From positions 65,879 to 129,878 of the forward strand of contig JAANOX010000277.1 in the NCBI GenBank assembly GCA_020184695.1: DNA of 64,000 nucleotides, in the 5' to 3' direction. This stretch comes from Histomonas meleagridis 2922-C6/04-290x (taxonomy: Eukaryota > Protista > Parabasalia). Under the pieces are notes generated by a model. It had not been told where the DNA came from. It searched no databases and saw nothing but the letters and a program-made list of their open reading frames with translations. The position numbers and the translations under genes are program-made. Positions 8,946-19,466 of the stretch are shown here, piece by piece. The first letter of the stretch is position 1; every line of letters begins with the position of its first letter.

Positions 8946-11332
8946 TTATGCTTTAGTATTAATATAAAATTCTTCTTGTTCAAGAAGTAATTCAACTATT
9001 TCTCTATAACCTTTATAAGATGCTAACATAAGTGCTGTATCAAATAATTTAAATTATTTCCAAATATTATTTTGAAACATTAAATCATTAAAATAAATAT
9101 TAAATAAAAGAAATAAATATCTTTAGCATTAATATCAATTCCTTTTTGTTCAAGAAGTAATTTAACTATTTCTAATTTACCATTGTAAGATGCCCAAATA
9201 AGTGCTGTTCGAAATATTTTAAATAATTTCCAAATATTATTTTGAAATCAAAAATTATTAAAATAAACTTTAAATAAAACAAATAAATATCTTTAGTATT
9301 AATATCAATTCCTTCTTGTTCAAGAAGTAATTTAACTATTTCTATATAACCATATTTAGATGCATGCATAAGTGCTGTCATATATAATTTGAATAATTTC
9401 CAAATATTATTTTGAAATTTCAAATTATTAAAATAAATATCAAATAAAACAAATAAATATCTTGATCATTAATATCAATTCCTTCTTGTTCAAGAAGTAA
9501 TTTAAATATTTTTGCTTTACCTATAAGAGATGCAATTATAAGCGCTGTTCTAAATTATCCAGATAGTTTCCAAATATTATTTTGAAATCCAAAATTATAA
9601 AAATAAATATTAAATAAAACAAATAAATATTTCTAGCATTAATATCAATTCCTCTTTGTTCAAGAAGTAATTTAACTATATTACTTTTCATTGCATGCAT
9701 AAGTGCTGTCCAAAATATTTTGAATAATTTCCAAATATTATTTTGAAAAACCAATTTACTAAAATAAATATCAAATAAAACAAATAAATATTTCTAGCAT
9801 TAATATCAATTCCTTCTTGTTCAAGAAGTAATTTAACTATTTCTGTATGATCATATTGAGATGCTTTTATAAGTGCTGTATCATATAACTTAAATAATTT
9901 CCAAATATTATTTTGAAATCCAAAATTATAAAAATAAATTTTAAATAAAACAAATAAATATTTTTAGCATTAATGTCAATTCCTTCTTGTTCAAGAAGTA
10001 ATTTAACTATTTCTGTATGACCATTTGAAGATGCTTTCATAAGTGCTGTCCAAAATAATTTAAATAATTTCCAAATATTATTTTGAAATTTCAAATTGTT
10101 AACACAAATTTCGAATAAAACTAATAAATATCTTTTACATTAATATCAATTCCTTCTTGCTTTAATATATATTGAACATGTTCTATATTTTCTGATCCTG
10201 CTGAAAAAACTAAAATATCTTTTGGGATAGGATTTTCTTTAATTAAATATTTTGTAAGAAATATATTTCCTTTTTTTGCTGATTTATTTATAATAGAATC
10301 ATTGATTTTCATTCCTTCTTTGAGTAGAAATGATAAAATTTCATAATTATAAAACGAAATACATTTCTTTCCTAAGTGATTCAAATCGATTTCATTAATT
10401 TTATTTTCATAAAGGTATTTAAAGATATCATTTCGATGAAATTCAATTGCTGCTTCATATGCATCTTTAAATGTTGAATGGTTTTGCTCACATAAATGAA
10501 TAATTTCTTCATTTCCACCTGCAATTGCATATTTACCTGTGTTTATTACATTTGCTCCATTCATAAGTAAATATTTAAAACATTTAACTGAAGAAAAAAA
10601 TGCTGCACAATCAATTAATGTAACATTTCTTTGATTAACAAATGAACATCTTTCATACATTAATCGTCCAATTGTTTGATTAAAATCAAAATCACTTTGT
10701 GATGATATTTCTTGGAGTTTTTCTATTTCATCATTTAGAATTATTTTCATAATTTCATTTGGATCATGTCCTTCATTAATTAACTTCTTATGAAGTTCCC
10801 AATCATTCTTTTTAAGATTAATTATATCTAAGTCAGCAATCAATTTTTTATCATACGAATCAAACAATTTAATTAATTCTTCATCTTTTTTGTAATGCAT
10901 AAAATAAAGTGATTCATTTTTTTTAATAATTTTTTGATCAATTATTTTTTGCTCTATCATACAGTCTAAAAAATAATATGATTCACTCAAAAATTTAATA
11001 TTCTTATTAATCAAATGTATAAATACATCCAAAATCTTTGAATTACAATGAATGTTTTTTTCATATTCTTCAATTTTCTTTATAAAATCTAAACATATGT
11101 TGACATCACACTTTTTAATAGCAACCAATAAGAGTATCATTTGGCTAATAATTTGATTAAAAGAGTAAGAGTAATTTGAATCGAATATATCAATGATTGA
11201 TTGTACTGATTGCGAAACATTATCATGACTTAAACCAAAAATTACTTGTTTAATTAATTGAGATTTTTCCCATTCATTTGTATTAACATTTTTAGGAAAT
11301 TGCATGACCAACACAATGGGATCAACGAACAA
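8946..11332 (-). CDS. DUF3447-type ankyrin repeat gene (copy 2), apparently intact, split by seven 80-nt spacers
   Basis: Uninterrupted 401 codons to ...INVKD (11332-10130). Then seven stop-free ankyrin cassettes (90, 90, 81, 90, 90, 90, 90 nt) and TAA at 8946-8948. About 636 aa if 68 nt is removed per spacer. Confidence 0.75.
9039..10129 (-). repeat. 170-nt period array: ankyrin cassette plus 80-nt spacer
   Basis: Spacers 10050-10129, 9880-9959, 9710-9789, 9549-9628, 9379-9458, 9209-9288 and 9039-9118 are all exactly 80 nt and all contain TTTCAAAATAATATTTGGAAA. Confidence 0.95.
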
Positions 11333-11677
11333 TTACTGAACGATATCTATCAAAAAGCTGCATTTTGTGAATCTTATATTGACACTTTTTGTCATTTATT
11401 GAACAAATAATAATTCAAATAGCATAAATAAAGCATACAAATGTTAATTGTATGCATAAATGGTTGGATAGAGTTCCACATAATACCGATCAATAAAGTA
11501 TTTATTACGACTTTTTGAGAATTTTACACATAATTGAATACTAAGTAATTTGTGAATTTCAACCTTTAAAACAGCTTTAGTTTTTGGTGTGTTTATAAAC
11601 AAGTCATGTAGTCAATGTGCTTAAGCAGTGTTACATGTAAAATAAAAGGTTTTTGAAGAAAAGTTTATTAGAACTTT

Positions 11678-12433
11678 TTACTTGGCTTCTTCTGCCTTAG
11701 CTTCTTCCTCGACTGGGCGGGCGACTTCAGCAGCCTTTGTAATTGCACGACCTTGGTGGAGCTTCTTGAGCTCTTCGCCAGAGAATGTTGGTGCCTTGAT
11801 AACTTTGATCTTTGTTACATAGACATTATCAACTTGCATGATTGTCTTGCATTTTTCAACAATTGCCTTTTCGATTGTCTCGTTGACAATTGTGTTGCAG
11901 AGTTCTGGAATTGTGGACTTTTCAATTGTCTCTTTCATGATGGCAATGCAAGCATCTCTGATTTCACGCTTCTTGGATTGTTGAGCATAGCATGCTTTCT
12001 TGTTTGGATTTAATTTCTTAGTGAAGCCAATGCTGAAGGCACGGAGAATGTAACCATCGGCTGTACGAACATCAACTTGAGCATTGATGAGTGTGCGATA
12101 CTTACGGAGGAGGGAAGAAAGCTTGTCGTTTGTAAGTCTCATTCCTGCGAAAACAGTTAAGACATCATTGTTTTGAACATCAACTGATTTCCAGCTGAAG
12201 AGACGGTATGCGTGTGATTGTTCATCAACGAGATCACCGTGTGAAAGTTCGAAAACACGGTTGTTGAGGTAATCTGCTGGTGTTTTACCACGAGCACATT
12301 TGTGTGAGACTGTGAAGCCAATATCACGTTTCGAGAAGAAACCTGGAACGAAAACGTGACGCCATTCCTTCTTTAAGAAAGTATCTTGCTTGATTTTCTT
12401 TGAGGCCTTGCCCTTTTGCTGAGCTTTACCCAT
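11678..12433 (-). CDS. RPS3A: 40S ribosomal protein eS1 (S3a)
   Basis: MGKAQQKG...DTFLKKEW, NRVFELSHGDL, LRKYRTLINAQVDVRTADGYILRAFSIGFTK. Confidence 0.97.
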   Translation of the reverse strand: MGKAQQKGKASKKIKQDTFLKKEWRHVFVPGFFSKRDIGFTVSHKCARGKTPADYLNNRVFELSHGDLVDEQSHAYRLFSWKSVDVQNNDVLTVFAGMRLTNDKLSSLLRKYRTLINAQVDVRTADGYILRAFSIGFTKKLNPNKKACYAQQSKKREIRDACIAIMKETIEKSTIPELCNTIVNETIEKAIVEKCKTIMQVDNVYVTKIKVIKAPTFSGEELKKLHQGRAITKAAEVARPVEEEAKAEEAK

Positions 12434-12439
12434 TTCCCA

Positions 12440-12460
12440 AAAGGAGCGACCACAACCGCT
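12440..12460 (-). promoter_or_regulatory. CCTTT (M5-like) and AGCGGTTG (M3-like) core promoter motifs of RPS3A
   Basis: On the minus strand, AGCGGTTG (12453-12460) lies upstream of CCTTT (12440-12444), which is just before the ATG. This resembles the M3/M5 pair known from Trichomonas promoters. Confidence 0.5.
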
Positions 12461-12809
12461 TTTCAGGTATCAAAACCGTTTTGGGGCGCCCTTAAACCAA
12501 CATTTTTGTATGAAACAAAAAAATCATCTTAACATTAATTTTAAAAAATAATTGATATAGAATATATTCATCTGCATGCTATATAACACGTTATGTTATA
12601 ATATTATTTTTATATTTTTAAAAATTAATGATTTACATATGCAATGAAATTTTGTTAATTTTTATCTGTTTTAAAAACACACTAGATAAATAGACATTGT
12701 TTATATTTTAATTTTTTATTCAAATGATTTTGATTTGGATGAATATGTGATCTTGACTGTAAATCAATTTGAATGAAATCAACGTTCGTTTAGAATTGTC
12801 TGGAATTTA

Positions 12810-14027
12810 ATGTCTGTAAGTGGATTTAAGTCAATGCCTTTTAAACGTTCTGCCACAGATAGAATGGGAATGAACTATATGCAGAGGGGAACCGAAGAAG
12901 ATATGGAAGAAACTGATATTGATATTTATGAAAATAATTCAAGTTTTTCATCTAAACCAGTTAGAGTCCCAATAACTTCTACACATGCACCACAATTAGA
13001 GTCGCCAATTACATTATTTAAGAGGATTATTAATCGAGAAAAATCGATATATGTTAATAATATCCGTTACAATCGCCTTGAAATGATTGGATCAGGTTCT
13101 GAATCCAAAATATACAAAGTGTTTGACAGCAATGGTAATTTTTATGCTTTAAAAGTAGTTAATTATGAAGACAACCCCTCAATTCTTGAAAACTATCAAA
13201 ACGAAATTGAACTTTTACAAGACCTTCAGGACGACGATCGTATTATCAACATTATCGACAGTGAAATCAATACAGAAGATAATTTGATATTAATTGTTCT
13301 CGAGCTTGGTGATGCAGATCTCCGTAGCATAATTTCTAGTCAAGAGCGGCTTACGCCAAACTATCTCCGGTATACATGGCAACAAATGCTTGAAGCTGTT
13401 CAAACTATCCATGAAAATAAGATCATCCATGGAAATCTTAAGCCATCAAACTTCCTTATGGTAAAGCGTACGCTCAAGCTTATTGATTTTGGCTTTGCCA
13501 AAGTCATTCAAGGGGATGCCACAAGTACCGAATTCTATCAACAAAGCAACAGTTTTCAATACAAAGCACCAGAATCATTTTCAGATTGGAAACACCCTGT
13601 AAAACTTAGTACATCCGCTGATGTATGGAGTATTGGATGTATCCTTTATGAACTTGCATATGGTCGACCACCTTTTTCATCATCTATTAATCTTGGCGAC
13701 AAAATTGTTATAAAGTTCGATGTACTTAAAGATTTTCCTGATTTCGAATTATTAAAAAATGTAATGCAAAAGTGCCTTCAGCCTAATCCTAAGCTAAGGC
13801 CAACCATTGAAGAGTTGCTTTGTCATCCATATATACAGCAGCCTTCGACTTCATTTGTTTCAAGATCACTTTCCATAGCGGATAATTTGGGAGGATTGGC
13901 AAAACAAATACAACAAAAGTATAGCGATCGAGAATTTAATAGCGAAGCAGGACATAAAATTATAAGGAGAATGGCAAGAGAGCTAACTGATGGGCGACAA
14001 ATGATGATATCAAATCCGAAAATATAA
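12810..14027 (+). CDS. Mps1/TTK-like protein kinase with HxD Asp replaced by Asn
   Basis: IGSGSESKIYKV, YALKVV, NEIELL, LELGDADL, LRYTWQQMLEAVQTIHENKIIHGNLKPSNFL, LKLIDFGFAK, DVWSIGCILYEL. Confidence 0.85.
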   Translation: MSVSGFKSMPFKRSATDRMGMNYMQRGTEEDMEETDIDIYENNSSFSSKPVRVPITSTHAPQLESPITLFKRIINREKSIYVNNIRYNRLEMIGSGSESKIYKVFDSNGNFYALKVVNYEDNPSILENYQNEIELLQDLQDDDRIINIIDSEINTEDNLILIVLELGDADLRSIISSQERLTPNYLRYTWQQMLEAVQTIHENKIIHGNLKPSNFLMVKRTLKLIDFGFAKVIQGDATSTEFYQQSNSFQYKAPESFSDWKHPVKLSTSADVWSIGCILYELAYGRPPFSSSINLGDKIVIKFDVLKDFPDFELLKNVMQKCLQPNPKLRPTIEELLCHPYIQQPSTSFVSRSLSIADNLGGLAKQIQQKYSDREFNSEAGHKIIRRMARELTDGRQMMISNPKI

Positions 14028-14854
14028 TAAATGTTTAGATTATATATTTTAATTCTTTTCTTATATTCATATGAATCTTTCGATTTTTTATTTTCTGTTT
14101 TCTGTAATATTTCGATAAAACACTTGAAATATTATTGTACTTAAGTGATTCTTATATATTATAAAATAATTTTTTTGAGGATATTTTTTTTTTTAATGAA
14201 TAACTAAATGTAGACATTTTTTATAACTGACTATGAAGGAAAAATTACAATTTATAGAAATATCAAGTTTGCTTATGATTTTATTATTCTTTTGAAAAGA
14301 AGTAATCTTGCATGCAAGAGATTATAGATATGAATATAAAATAATTTCTTTCTAACATTGTACGAGTACTTTAAGTGATAAGGAAAATTGCTAAAACATA
14401 TGTTATAGCGGATGAAAATTAAAAAATGTAATTTAGTTTTACTCAATTTCAATTTTCCAAAGATACTATCTTTGTTTTCCCTTTATGGAAGAGCTTGTAA
14501 ATAAATATATCATTGATGTAGGTTTTGTTTTCTCATAATTTGCAAATGATATTTTAAAAGTTTCATATTATTTGTTCACAAATGAATGCGAATTATATGG
14601 AAGTCAATTTGATATATTTTTTATAAAATACTTGGAAAAATTGAAAAATTATGAATAAAATTTCGTTTACTTATTTACCCAAAATGTTTTAGGCACTTTT
14701 CGATGATACTATGTATGGAATTTTTGCGGACAAAATTTACAAAAATTTACATTTGATCGATATAATTTCTGCTGTTTCAAATGAGTTATTTTTTATAACA
14801 AAACGCAACGAAATTACCACAAAACAAACAAATATTTATTTATTTCAAACACTT

Positions 14855-17782
14855 TCACTTGCCGATGAAGTCGTAATTTTTAATTGGCGCCTGTTGTGCC
14901 AACGAATTTTCGACCAAGTCCAAGTCCAAACTAAACGCGAGGGAAGACTTTAAGTCTGGTTCCAAATGCTTTGCGGAGCTTATCAAGAACGTTCTATACT
15001 TATACAGCTTGTTCACCAGGTACACGAAGCCAACGATGTCTACGACGATTTCCTGAATGGAAACGGGCGATTTCTCATCGATGCTTTCGAGGAGTCCTCC
15101 GAGGAATCGCGATGCGACTTCTTGCTCATCCTTTAATCGCAAAATGTTTGGGAATGTTATCGATATGTACGCGATTAGTTTCGTTGCGTCATGATCAATT
15201 AGGTCCAAACTTGAACAAAACGCTTGCTTTAATACGTCGATTGAAGCGTATTCCAAAAGTTTTTTTAATGTTTCGAGCGCTAATAAGTTTAAATTGTTTT
15301 TCATTGTTTCGACAAAGAATTTATATGATATGTTTGGTGGTAATTGTGATATAAATCGTGCAAAATGCGTGCTGACGTTTTTAAGGGATTTAATGGGAGA
15401 ATGTAAATCAAATAATGGTCGGACTAAATCATTAACTATCATATTATTATCTTCTTGTCGAACTAATATTGAAACAACTGAAAATGTTAACGCATGAAGA
15501 AATTGTGATTGATATTCTTTAGTAACAATATTAGGATATTGATATAAAGGCATATCTAACTCAGCTAAAAGTTGAATAATATCATATATTTGCGTTTCAT
15601 TATAAGGCTTATAATATTCTTCCGAATCAGGTAACATTTGCGTGATTTGATCAAATTTTTTCCTGATTTGAGAAGGTGTGATTGAGTGATTTCCCTCTAA
15701 AAAAGTGACAATCCAATGTAATGGTGTTTTATCATCTTTAATTAATGGTTCTATCATTGCATCCAGAAGTCTTAAGCTTAAATCAATATGATTATTGATT
15801 ATCAAATATTTAAATAAGTGCTGAGCAGTTGGTAAAGTAATTTTAGAAATGGTTATGCCAAATTTTATTTTTGAGTAGTTTACAAGTGTTTTGTTCTGTA
15901 AAAGTTTTATCGTACATGAAGTGATTGCTTCAGCAAAATTTGTAATTGTTAAAAGATTCGAAGAAGCGAAAACTCTTATATAAATATGTAAATTTTCGGG
16001 AGGAACACTTTTTATTAGGTAATCGAACGAAACCTTATTTTTATAAAAAGTACTTAACATTTTTAATATGTTTAATGACGTTTCATTATAATCGATATTT
16101 AAAGTATAATTTATATTTGTTATAGCGAAGTTTGGTTTATTTTGATATATGAAAGGTAACTTATTCATTAACATAACAATTAATTCTTTAGCTTGATTCG
16201 ATTTATTAGGCTCGAAGAAAGCGCACGTGTTTTGTAAGTTCTCTATGAATTCTAATATTATAAATATATCTTTACATGTTGTTAACTTTTCGCGAATGTT
16301 TTTCGATATAACTCCATTTCGTGTTTTTAATAACTTCGATATTATAACGCGCGAATAGAACTCAATTTCGCGATTCTTTAAACATTCCAACAAAAAAGGT
16401 ATTAAATTCTTATGGAATGATAATCCGCAAATGATATGTATTCCTTTATCTATCATCCAACTTAAAACAGCTTTTAATACATTTAAGTCATTAATGTTCA
16501 TATATTTCTTCATAAAGAATTTATAATTCGTCGGCATTATTGTGGCTACAATAGAAGTTAATGTGTCAATAACTCGTTCAGGAATTCCTTCTTCGCCAAA
16601 GAATCGTTTATAATTACTAAAGATTAAAAACACAAATTGTTGGAAAAATGGAAAATCAAACATAGCTAAGTTCACTGGTTGTAATGCGTTTTCTTTTGAA
16701 GCTTCAAGGATTAAAGTGAATTTGGTATTCGTTGGTTGATCTATGAAATGCATTAATCGTAATTTTAATGGTAAGTTATAAATTTCTTTATCTTTTTGTT
16801 CGATTTTAAAGTATTTATATAAATAAAATGGTACTAACTCAATAAAGTCATCAAGTTCATGATCTAATGTTACATCTATGATTCGATATTGATTATCAAT
16901 GATTTGTCGTGCTTCTTCTGTGGATAAATTACTCCCAACTAATGAGTTTGGAATTAATAAACTATATAGATTCGAATTACTTGGAATGTTACTAATAATG
17001 GCATAGATTAGAAATGGGGAATAATATGGTAAATCTAAAAGATCTAAACAAAGTTTTTGTCCATCGATTTTGTTGTTTAAACTAAAGATAAAAACATACC
17101 GAAAAATAACAGAAAAGATAAACATAAGTTGAGTATGTTTGGCAACACGATTTTGGTTGTATTTCTTGATTAATTTGAGAATGGCTAATGTGATAAAATT
17201 TTGATTTTGAACTGATAGGTCAATGATTTTAAACATACGGGTGGAGGCATGATTTAATATAAACTTTTCATATTGTGTTATGATCATTTTGGACATCATT
17301 TGATTATCAACTATCTCATATAAAAACATAGGGCGCTCGGAAATGTCACTAATGATCGGATTAACTGTATGCGATGGACCTAAAAGATATGAGGAATAAA
17401 AAGAAGAAGGAAACATGAAATTGGATAATGTCATAATACGAAAAAAATAATTTCGATAATAATGACCTGAACTAAGTTCGGAGTGGCGTGAATTCCAATT
17501 AAGAAAATGTGATCCAAAAAAAAGAATTAACGGTGGAACTTTCATTTCAATAAGTCTTGATAAATGATAAGCTTTGCTGATTTGTGTAGAATCCGAATTG
17601 TCAGCATTAGCATTGTTACTTATCCAAAACCCTAAAAAGGCAAATACTGGAACAATTTGAGATGTGGTTGATTCATTAATTAAACTTGCAATAGAATCAA
17701 AATCTGTTTCACTTGTGTTAAGAAATCGTACAACTCGATCAAAAAGAACATTAGATGGCTTTAAATTAAGTGTTGATTTCAT
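14855..17782 (-). CDS. Large helical protein, possibly a divergent Mediator subunit MED23-like
   Basis: 975-aa ORF. C-terminal segments (KTPLHWIVTFL; EYQSQFLHALTFSVVSIL; FISQLPPN) resemble MED23 motifs by eye only. Confidence 0.4.
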   Translation of the reverse strand: MKSTLNLKPSNVLFDRVVRFLNTSETDFDSIASLINESTTSQIVPVFAFLGFWISNNANADNSDSTQISKAYHLSRLIEMKVPPLILFFGSHFLNWNSRHSELSSGHYYRNYFFRIMTLSNFMFPSSFYSSYLLGPSHTVNPIISDISERPMFLYEIVDNQMMSKMIITQYEKFILNHASTRMFKIIDLSVQNQNFITLAILKLIKKYNQNRVAKHTQLMFIFSVIFRYVFIFSLNNKIDGQKLCLDLLDLPYYSPFLIYAIISNIPSNSNLYSLLIPNSLVGSNLSTEEARQIIDNQYRIIDVTLDHELDDFIELVPFYLYKYFKIEQKDKEIYNLPLKLRLMHFIDQPTNTKFTLILEASKENALQPVNLAMFDFPFFQQFVFLIFSNYKRFFGEEGIPERVIDTLTSIVATIMPTNYKFFMKKYMNINDLNVLKAVLSWMIDKGIHIICGLSFHKNLIPFLLECLKNREIEFYSRVIISKLLKTRNGVISKNIREKLTTCKDIFIILEFIENLQNTCAFFEPNKSNQAKELIVMLMNKLPFIYQNKPNFAITNINYTLNIDYNETSLNILKMLSTFYKNKVSFDYLIKSVPPENLHIYIRVFASSNLLTITNFAEAITSCTIKLLQNKTLVNYSKIKFGITISKITLPTAQHLFKYLIINNHIDLSLRLLDAMIEPLIKDDKTPLHWIVTFLEGNHSITPSQIRKKFDQITQMLPDSEEYYKPYNETQIYDIIQLLAELDMPLYQYPNIVTKEYQSQFLHALTFSVVSILVRQEDNNMIVNDLVRPLFDLHSPIKSLKNVSTHFARFISQLPPNISYKFFVETMKNNLNLLALETLKKLLEYASIDVLKQAFCSSLDLIDHDATKLIAYISITFPNILRLKDEQEVASRFLGGLLESIDEKSPVSIQEIVVDIVGFVYLVNKLYKYRTFLISSAKHLEPDLKSSLAFSLDLDLVENSLAQQAPIKNYDFIGK

Positions 17783-17826
17783 CTAATTTTTTCATATGCC
17801 AAAAAAATTGAATAATTATAAATTTG

Positions 17827-17832
17827 TCACTT
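17827..17832 (+). promoter_or_regulatory. Initiator (Inr)-like element
   Basis: TCACTT 6 nt before the PP2C ATG, matching the parabasalid TCA(+1)YW initiator. Confidence 0.5.
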
Positions 17833-17837
17833 AACAA

Positions 17838-18623
17838 ATGTTAACTTTAAAGAATTCTTTTATTCGTAAACTTAAACTTCTTTCTTCTCATGCATTAATA
17901 CCACATCCTCAAAAAAAGAATTTTGGTGGAGAAGACTATTTTTTTATCTCACCAGATCAAAAAACAATTGGTGTAGCTGACGGAGTTGGTGGATGGAGTG
18001 ACCAACCAGGGGCAAACTCAGCAAAATATTCACACGATCTTATGAATTTTTGTAAAAATAATTCTAATTTATCTGATCCTCTATCAATTCTTGAAAAATC
18101 ATATAATCAACTTGATTTTTCTATCAAAGGATCAACCACAGCCTTAGTTGCAAAACTTAAAGATAAAATTTTACATATATGTAATGTTGGTGATTCAGCA
18201 TTATCAATTTATCGAGATGGAAAACTCATTTTCTTAACAGAAGATTCCGTTCATGGCTTCAATTTCCCTAAACAACTTGGATATACAAAAACAGATCAAC
18301 CAAAAGATGGAACATATGATCAAATTCCTGTTCAAAAAGGCGATTTATTAATTGCAGGGACTGATGGCGTATGGGATAATGTTTGGAATGAAGATATCGA
18401 AAAAATAATCCAAAAAGTAATGAATTTAAAGGACAAAAATGTATCTGAAAAAATTAAAGAAATCGCTGAAGAAATTGCAAAAACAGCAAATGAAAATGGG
18501 AAAAACACAGAATACTATTCGCCATTTGCACAAAGCGCAAGTAATTTGGGATATATTTATAATGGAGGAAAACTTGATGATGTTACTGTGGTATCGTCAC
18601 TTGTAATAGATGATAACGATTAA
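17838..18623 (+). CDS. PP2C-family phosphatase, PTC7/PPTC7-like
   Basis: GEDYFF, GVADGVGGW, GSTTA, NVGDS, GTDGVWDNV, GGKLDDVTVV. Confidence 0.92.
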   Translation: MLTLKNSFIRKLKLLSSHALIPHPQKKNFGGEDYFFISPDQKTIGVADGVGGWSDQPGANSAKYSHDLMNFCKNNSNLSDPLSILEKSYNQLDFSIKGSTTALVAKLKDKILHICNVGDSALSIYRDGKLIFLTEDSVHGFNFPKQLGYTKTDQPKDGTYDQIPVQKGDLLIAGTDGVWDNVWNEDIEKIIQKVMNLKDKNVSEKIKEIAEEIAKTANENGKNTEYYSPFAQSASNLGYIYNGGKLDDVTVVSSLVIDDND

Positions 18624-19241
18624 ACTCTTTAATGTTTTTTTTTTTCTTGAAAGTTTTAATTTTTTACCACTCTTCATTTTTTTAAATGAATTATTTTCTA
18701 TTAAAATATATAATAATTATTCGGGGTATACCATTCACTATAGGATCGCATGTTTCTTTAAAATTAATAAATAAACATATTTTTATCCACGTTATTTTTC
18801 CTTATTTTTCCCCTATCATTATTTTTATTGTTGTTTCAAGAATTATTTTTTTCTAGTTGCTTTGTTTTCCCAATATTTTTTATCTTCGTAAACGAACAAC
18901 AATTGAAACTTTATCATTTTCTGGTCGTACTAATTTAACATTTTTTTATTTTGGGTTAATCACCAACTGATATAAGTTATAATTCTTTTGATATTGTAAA
19001 TACAGAATATGTTATGGTCATATCTTTATCAAGATACAACATTTGGTTCGCTTAATGTATCAAAATTCATCAGTCGAAGAATGCACTCAATATGTCTGGC
19101 CAACACTTACATTTTCTAAATCAAACAAGTAAAACTATAAATTTCTCATATTTTTGAACTCGTTTCAAATTTAGATAAGTTTATCCAAAATAATAAATCA
19201 GATATGTATTTTGATATCAAAGGGATCTTTTAGTTAATTTT

Positions 19242-19466
19242 TTAAGGTTGGTAAAGATCAATTATGGAAATTGGGCCTGTGCACCCTCCGTTATGATAAA
19301 TGACGACTCTTTCACCAGAAATTTCTCCTACATTGAAAACAGCATCGTATACCCAGCTGTCCCAATTCATGTCTTGGTTATATACTTTTGCGCCTTTTCT
19401 CACTCTGACTCTATCACCAACTTTGATTTCTTTCATTAATGTCTCGTTGTCATTATCCTGCATCAC
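19242..19466 (-). CDS. Small protein resembling a bacterial endolysin/amidase SH3-like cell-wall-binding domain
   Basis: IKVGDRVRVRKGAKVY...WVYDAVFNVGEISGERVVI...TGPISIIDL. The pattern resembles Firmicute amidase C-terminal domains; recognised by eye. Confidence 0.55.
   Translation of the reverse strand: MMQDNDNETLMKEIKVGDRVRVRKGAKVYNQDMNWDSWVYDAVFNVGEISGERVVIYHNGGCTGPISIIDLYQP

Noticed and set aside
9039-9118. Programmed -1 frameshifting at T-TTA-AAT within the spacers
   Set aside because: Some spacers have stops in both frames positioned so that no single slip works (9039-9118, 21169-21248), and the 63-nt class needs no frame change.
9039-10129. CRISPR-like repeat-spacer array
   Set aside because: The 170-nt unit is ankyrin-coding plus a conserved, not unique, spacer. 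There are no cas genes and the context is eukaryotic.
14971-15497. Plus-strand ORFs inside the 975-aa gene
   Set aside because: Antisense shadows with no motifs.
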